From the IMG/VR virus record IMGVR_UViG_3300024496_000014: 64,000 nucleotides of DNA, one strand, 5' to 3'. Shown piece after piece: positions 59,153 through 64,000 of this stretch (positions are counted from its first letter, which is position 1; each line of letters starts with the position of its first letter). Position numbers and translations under genes: made by a program. This DNA is from an uncultured virus (IMG/VR IMGVR_UViG_3300024496_000014) (Duplodnaviria > Heunggongvirae > Uroviricota > Caudoviricetes). The notes under the pieces are model-generated. The model did no database searches and was not told the DNA's origin. It was given only the letters and a program-made list of their open reading frames with translations.

Positions 59153-62100
59153 TTAAATCTCTCCTGTGTTCTTAACACGCAATGGAATGTAAATGAACTC
59201 AACTGCTTTCACTGGTTCAATTGCGATATCAACATAAAGTTCGTTACGATCGATTCTTGATGGTGTGTTATTACTTTCATCACAAACCACCGCAAAGTCG
59301 TATAGTGCTCTTAAGCCTACTAATTCAAGCAATAAACTTTCTACTGCGCCTTTAATTTCGTCTCTAGTGATTTTATCATTAGGTTCAAAAATGTATGGAC
59401 GAGCTAGTTTGTTTAATTGGCTTCTCAGGTATACAACTAAACGTGCTACGTTAATTCTATCTAGTGCAGAAGCATTCTTTGCTCTTGTTTTTTGACCAAA
59501 TGCTACGTGTCCTACGCCAACAAAGAATGGAATTGGATTAATCTTTAGGTCATAAAGAACATCTCTCATACCTTCGTTTAGGAATACGGTTTGGAATTCT
59601 CCTGATACAGAATCAATGTAACCAACTGATGTTGCATTAGTAATACCGCCACGTCTTGTACCTGCTGGTGCAAACCATGGATAAGAAACTTGATCGCTTA
59701 GTGCAATTGTCTTAAGCATCATGTGTGTTGCAGGAACAACTGCATTAACACCACTTAAGTCTGTTGTAAATCCATTTGGATACCACATTGCAGAATATTC
59801 ATCATAAGTTACAACACCTGCATCACCGTTGTCGGTTACTGCGTTTGCGTTTGTACCCCAATTAATAAGTTCTGTTGCGTTGCTCTTTAAGCGGAATGGA
59901 GTATCTGCAAGAACAAATGCTGTCATGCCACGATCAATGTTTAGGTTAACTAGGTTGCTGTACACTTCTGAATATCCAGGTGCAGCAATTAAGTTAAAGT
60001 TTCTGCGCTCTTCATCGCGGATTTCTGAACTTGTATCAATTACACTCTTAAGTGCTTGAACAACAACTTTACGTTGTGCCTTGCGACCAAATGTACCAGA
60101 ACCGTCTTCGTTATTACCAGATGCTGTTGTCCAACGATCTGTTACGTATAGTTCCATGCTTACATTGCCCATGCGTCCGTTGTCTGCTGTGACATCGATG
60201 TAACTATTTCTATATTGTTTTACGTTACCGCCAGAACGACGTAGGTTCCATAGCAACATGCCTTTTGGATATAGTGCTGGATCTGGAGCGTCAAAGTCTA
60301 AGAAGTCACTGCTTAATAAATCAACAATTGTTGATGCTGCAAGAGTTGGACTTACAGATGTGTCGCCGCCGCTAGTTGCCCAACGTGCATCAGCAAATAC
60401 AATTCCTTCTTCTGAAACTTGATCAGTCTTGTCAACTAAAACCCACTTATCGGTAATACCGCCTTGAATGTCATCATTAAAGCGATAAATTGTTGGGAAG
60501 TTTTCCATATCAGCTGTGCTGATCCACAAATCGTTAGTTACAAGAGATGTTACACCGTCTTGTTGTGTTGTTGGCATACTTGCACCTACATACGGACCTG
60601 CTGGATCTGTTGAAGCAAATACGTTTTTGTAACCTTTCCATGTAGAACCATTGTGAACCATGATGTCAACATCGCTATAAACGTTGTTAAACCATAATTG
60701 GCCGTCTTCTGCTTCATTTAATGGAGCATCGCCACTTGCTGTAAATCCAGCAGTTGCTAGTGGTTGCCAGTAAGTTGCTAGATAACCGTCAGCTGCGCCA
60801 GGTGCTGCTGAGCTTAAATCTAACACATAAGCAGATGCACTGAATAATGTTGCAAATGCTGTGCTTGATGTATCTTTAAATCTAATTTCGCCGCCAGCTT
60901 TGTGTTTGATTACTAACTGGTTGTCTGCTGAAACACTTGCTTCAACATTGTTTGTAATTTCAACTAAGCCAGTTGAGTCATAAAATGTTAATGCGTTAAT
61001 TGCTGCTGCAATTGTTTCTGCATCAGTGCTGTCGCCTGCTGCTGTAAATGTAACGGTAGCTGCTGTACTTAGAGCTGCATCACCTACAACAGATTGTTTA
61101 ATTGTAAATGTCTTAGCACCACTTAGTGTTCCATTAGTAATTACTTTAGAAGTAATTGTTGTTGCACCTTTAACAGCACGTCTCCAAATTTTAAATTTAG
61201 AAGTTTCTAATGTAGTGTCAGTTGACGGAGTACCGTTTGGTGTTGAATAACTAAATTCTTCGTCGCTGTTAAATTGAACAAATAAAGAATCTTTGTCAAT
61301 TGCTAAACCGCCATTTGAGCGATCTAAATAATAATCTGCGGAATGTGTTGTTCCATAGATTGGAGCAGAAATTGCTGTCCATGCTTGTGTAGCTGAACTA
61401 TATTTCTTAACTCTCCAACGAGCACCATTTCCTGGCTCTGTAGTTTTAATCCATACAGAACCTGTTGGATATCCTTGTTTTGTTGAAGGATTATCTGTTC
61501 TCTTAAATGTTGGAACAGAAGTGTGTGGAGCGTGAACTAGTTTTGGTTGTAGGTATGTACCTGTTGCAATTCCTAGATCAGTTAGAACGGTTCCCGAACC
61601 TGTTGCAATTACAATAGCACCACTTAGTGTTGAATCGCCTGCTGTATCTGTAGAACCATCTGAGTATAGATATAATCTGCTGTTTGCTACTTTAGCACTC
61701 ACACCAGTAATGCCTAAGCCGTTAATATAACTTGCTGTTGCTGATAATCTTGCACTTACGCTGCCGCCTGATTGAACTGCAACTGATGTTCCATTGATTA
61801 AGAATGTATCTGCTGCTGTTAACGCTGTCACGGCGCCACCGCTAACGGTTGGCCAACTTGCTGCCCAGTCATTGCTGCCTACTAAAACCCAGCTACCGGC
61901 TGTTACACCAGCACCGCTGTTTCCAGGAGTCTTAAAGTATACTGCTGCTGGACCTGTTGATACTGCAACTACGGCATAATCTCCAATAGAACCAACTGAT
62001 GCTAAAGGAACATCTGAACCGTCTAATTTTGATGTATCGTCATCGGATAAAACAATTGGAGTTTTTGCGGCAAACTTTTGTCCACCGTTTGGAACGGTTG

Positions 62101-62554
62101 CGCTGTTCCATTCTTGAATACCCCATGTTGTATTTTGTGTGTCTAGCCACCATGCGCCGTCTGTTGGATTTGCTCCCGGGGCGTCTGCTGTTGCTTCTAG
62201 TTGATCAAGATCTATGTCTGCTCTTACAATGAAAGCTGCGTTCGATGCGCTTAGATAGCTATATGCTGCTAGTAGACCGTATTCGTTACGCTCTCCGCCA
62301 TGGATTGGTGATCCACTGGCTGTCTTTTCAAAGAACGGAACACCAAATGTATCTACCAAATCTTTCTGGCTTGTCATCTTATAAGCCTTACCAGCATTTG
62401 CTTTTAATGTTCCAGCAGCGGTGCCTGTGCCTGCTGCATTTGTTTTATTCTGTCCTGTGGCCACAACGATAAGCGGAGTTGTACCTGGTTCTGCAGGTGT
62501 GTAAAAACTCTCGTCAATTACCGTTACTTGTACGCCTGGTGATGTTAGTGCCAT
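59153..62554 (-). CDS. Tail sheath protein with large insertion domains
   Basis: SPGVQV..IDES, WFAPAG..RG, INP, GQKT, LDRINVARL, FEPND, IEP.KAVEFI. Confidence 0.93.
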   Translation of the reverse strand: MALTSPGVQVTVIDESFYTPAEPGTTPLIVVATGQNKTNAAGTGTAAGTLKANAGKAYKMTSQKDLVDTFGVPFFEKTASGSPIHGGERNEYGLLAAYSYLSASNAAFIVRADIDLDQLEATADAPGANPTDGAWWLDTQNTTWGIQEWNSATVPNGGQKFAAKTPIVLSDDDTSKLDGSDVPLASVGSIGDYAVVAVSTGPAAVYFKTPGNSGAGVTAGSWVLVGSNDWAASWPTVSGGAVTALTAADTFLINGTSVAVQSGGSVSARLSATASYINGLGITGVSAKVANSRLYLYSDGSTDTAGDSTLSGAIVIATGSGTVLTDLGIATGTYLQPKLVHAPHTSVPTFKRTDNPSTKQGYPTGSVWIKTTEPGNGARWRVKKYSSATQAWTAISAPIYGTTHSADYYLDRSNGGLAIDKDSLFVQFNSDEEFSYSTPNGTPSTDTTLETSKFKIWRRAVKGATTITSKVITNGTLSGAKTFTIKQSVVGDAALSTAATVTFTAAGDSTDAETIAAAINALTFYDSTGLVEITNNVEASVSADNQLVIKHKAGGEIRFKDTSSTAFATLFSASAYVLDLSSAAPGAADGYLATYWQPLATAGFTASGDAPLNEAEDGQLWFNNVYSDVDIMVHNGSTWKGYKNVFASTDPAGPYVGASMPTTQQDGVTSLVTNDLWISTADMENFPTIYRFNDDIQGGITDKWVLVDKTDQVSEEGIVFADARWATSGGDTSVSPTLAASTIVDLLSSDFLDFDAPDPALYPKGMLLWNLRRSGGNVKQYRNSYIDVTADNGRMGNVSMELYVTDRWTTASGNNEDGSGTFGRKAQRKVVVQALKSVIDTSSEIRDEERRNFNLIAAPGYSEVYSNLVNLNIDRGMTAFVLADTPFRLKSNATELINWGTNANAVTDNGDAGVVTYDEYSAMWYPNGFTTDLSGVNAVVPATHMMLKTIALSDQVSYPWFAPAGTRRGGITNATSVGYIDSVSGEFQTVFLNEGMRDVLYDLKINPIPFFVGVGHVAFGQKTRAKNASALDRINVARLVVYLRSQLNKLARPYIFEPNDKITRDEIKGAVESLLLELVGLRALYDFAVVCDESNNTPSRIDRNELYVDIAIEPVKAVEFIYIPLRVKNTGEI

Positions 62555-62660
62555 TCCCTATTCTCCTGGTAATAGTTTTACTCAAAGTATTTAGCGGTAA
62601 AAGGTAAAAATACCTTCTTATAACATCAGAAAAAGGGGAAGAAAAGGTGTAAATATTTTT

Positions 62661-62999
62661 ATGAGACCACTTTGTAAGGCCTGTAATGAACGGCCTAGAG
62701 CATTAAATTATTATAAAGGTAAAAAACCTTATTATAGAACGCTCTGCGAAGCGTGTCTAGCTCACGGGTCTAAAGCACATATACCTCGTTGGAAACGTGC
62801 TGGATACAAAATGAAATCGCAATGCGAAAAATGCGGATTTAAAAGTCCGCATTCTGAAGTATTTAGAGTATTTCACGTAGACGGCAATTTAGATAACTGC
62901 CGTCCTAGTAATCTAAAAACAATATGTTGTAATTGTTCTCAAGTTTTAAGCAAAGAGGGCATTACTTGGCGTCAAGGAGATTTGGTCTCTGACTACTAA
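62661..62999 (+). CDS. Zinc-binding HNH-like protein
   Basis: CxxC pairs; VFHVDGN..N...NL..ICCNC. Confidence 0.68.
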   Translation: MRPLCKACNERPRALNYYKGKKPYYRTLCEACLAHGSKAHIPRWKRAGYKMKSQCEKCGFKSPHSEVFRVFHVDGNLDNCRPSNLKTICCNCSQVLSKEGITWRQGDLVSDY

Positions 63000-63599
63000 T
63001 TCTGTCTGCTTAAATAGATCATCGATAGTTCCGTTATTATCTATAAAATGATCAAATTCTGTTCCTACCCATGCAGTTTCACTAGCATGAATTTTACGCA
63101 TTTTTAATTCTTGGAACGCCCAGTTATGTCCTTGATTAGCGGCTAACGCTATATCATACCATTCGGGAAGTTCTCCTCTGCGTACCCATACAATTTTACC
63201 ACCCGCATTTCTAATACTGCTAATTTCGTTGGGGAAACGACAATCTGAAATTACTACATTATCCTTAGAATTACGAAGTTTATTTTCTAATGATGCTATC
63301 CAAATATCATCATGGAAGCCTTTGCGGCATACCTCTGTGCCCCAATATTGAAGTACCCACCTTGGAGTAAGTGTAGGCATTGCAAGTCTTTCTGCCCACC
63401 AAGGATCAACTTGTTCGCGCCACTCTCTTGCTTCTTTGGTTCGACCTTCTAACATAGTTCGATCCCAACCAAACACAGAGCTTACTGCGTCTTTTAATGT
63501 ATTAGCAAAAGACTCTCGTCTAAATTCGTGGAAATTAACTAGATAATCGGCAATAGTATCTTTGCCCGATCCAATAAACCCGCATACACCTATAATCAT
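62946..63599 (-). CDS. Deoxynucleoside monophosphate kinase (gp1-like)
   Basis: GFIGSGKDT, FA..LKD, PRWVLQ..GTE, DCRFPNE, HASE. Confidence 0.9.
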   Translation of the reverse strand: MIIGVCGFIGSGKDTIADYLVNFHEFRRESFANTLKDAVSSVFGWDRTMLEGRTKEAREWREQVDPWWAERLAMPTLTPRWVLQYWGTEVCRKGFHDDIWIASLENKLRNSKDNVVISDCRFPNEISSIRNAGGKIVWVRRGELPEWYDIALAANQGHNWAFQELKMRKIHASETAWVGTEFDHFIDNNGTIDDLFKQTELVVRDQISLTPSNALFA

Positions 63600-63645
63600 A
63601 ATATCCTCCAGTTAAAGGATATTATACGTGAAATTTATTTGAAGG

Positions 63646-64000
63646 TCAACCAGTTATCCAGGTATAACCGGAGCCGCCTGGCACCAATTTCATTAGATCT
63701 TCAGTTAACTTATCAATTTCGGCTTGCCCTTCTGTTTTGAGTGCTGCTCCGTTTAATGAGCTTCCGCCGCCAGGACCGGCAATTTGAGCAAATTTTTCAC
63801 GAGCTTGTCCTAGCATCATTTTGCAGTTAGCTAAAGCATAATCTTTAATCCATTGCCCAGAATAGGTATCGGTTATGATAGAGCTATCTGGTTTTGTGTT
63901 ATAGATTTGTAACATAACTGACTCATCAGTTCTTGGTCTTTGATGAATTATTAACTTTTTACTCTGCGGATGCCAAGTAAAATTAATAAATGCTCCAAAC
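63646..64000 (-). CDS. Neck protein (gp13-like), C-terminal part; truncated by window edge
   Basis: WIKDYALA..K..LG..R.KF..I.GP.GG..LNG motif. Confidence 0.75.
   Translation of the reverse strand, partial: FGAFINFTWHPQSKKLIIHQRPRTDESVMLQIYNTKPDSSIITDTYSGQWIKDYALANCKMMLGQAREKFAQIAGPGGGSSLNGAALKTEGQAEIDKLTEDLMKLVPGGSGYTWITG

Overview
This 64-kb window is from a large T4-like (jumbo) myophage genome; ORFs read normally in genetic code 11. From about 3 to 18.4 kb is a + strand, GC-richer early/host-takeover island: many short ORFs, two tRNAs (Arg-UCU, Ile2/Met-CAU), TraR/DksA-like, GcrA-like, GIY-YIG, AAA+, MoxR-vWA and HTH genes. Nearly every cassette there has its own consensus sigma70 promoter. 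From about 22.8 to 64 kb is a mostly - strand, AT-richer core: replication and recombination genes (helicase, primase, mini-DnaE, UvsW/X/Y, gp32), an 11-kb sugar-nucleotide/glycosyltransferase island, and terminase, head-completion, tail tube, sheath and neck genes. The most striking unexplained structure is regulatory. Two 3'-UTR hairpins have different stems but an identical loop (ATTCGCTCC) complementary to the GGAGCG(AAT) ribosome-binding site shared by about ten early cassette-leading genes. There are also two palindromic operator families, a TAA(A/G)TA-N4-6-ATG signature suggesting leaderless late mRNAs, an ECF-like promoter pair and a repeat-rich non-coding region. All protein calls come from motif recognition by eye, not from database searches.
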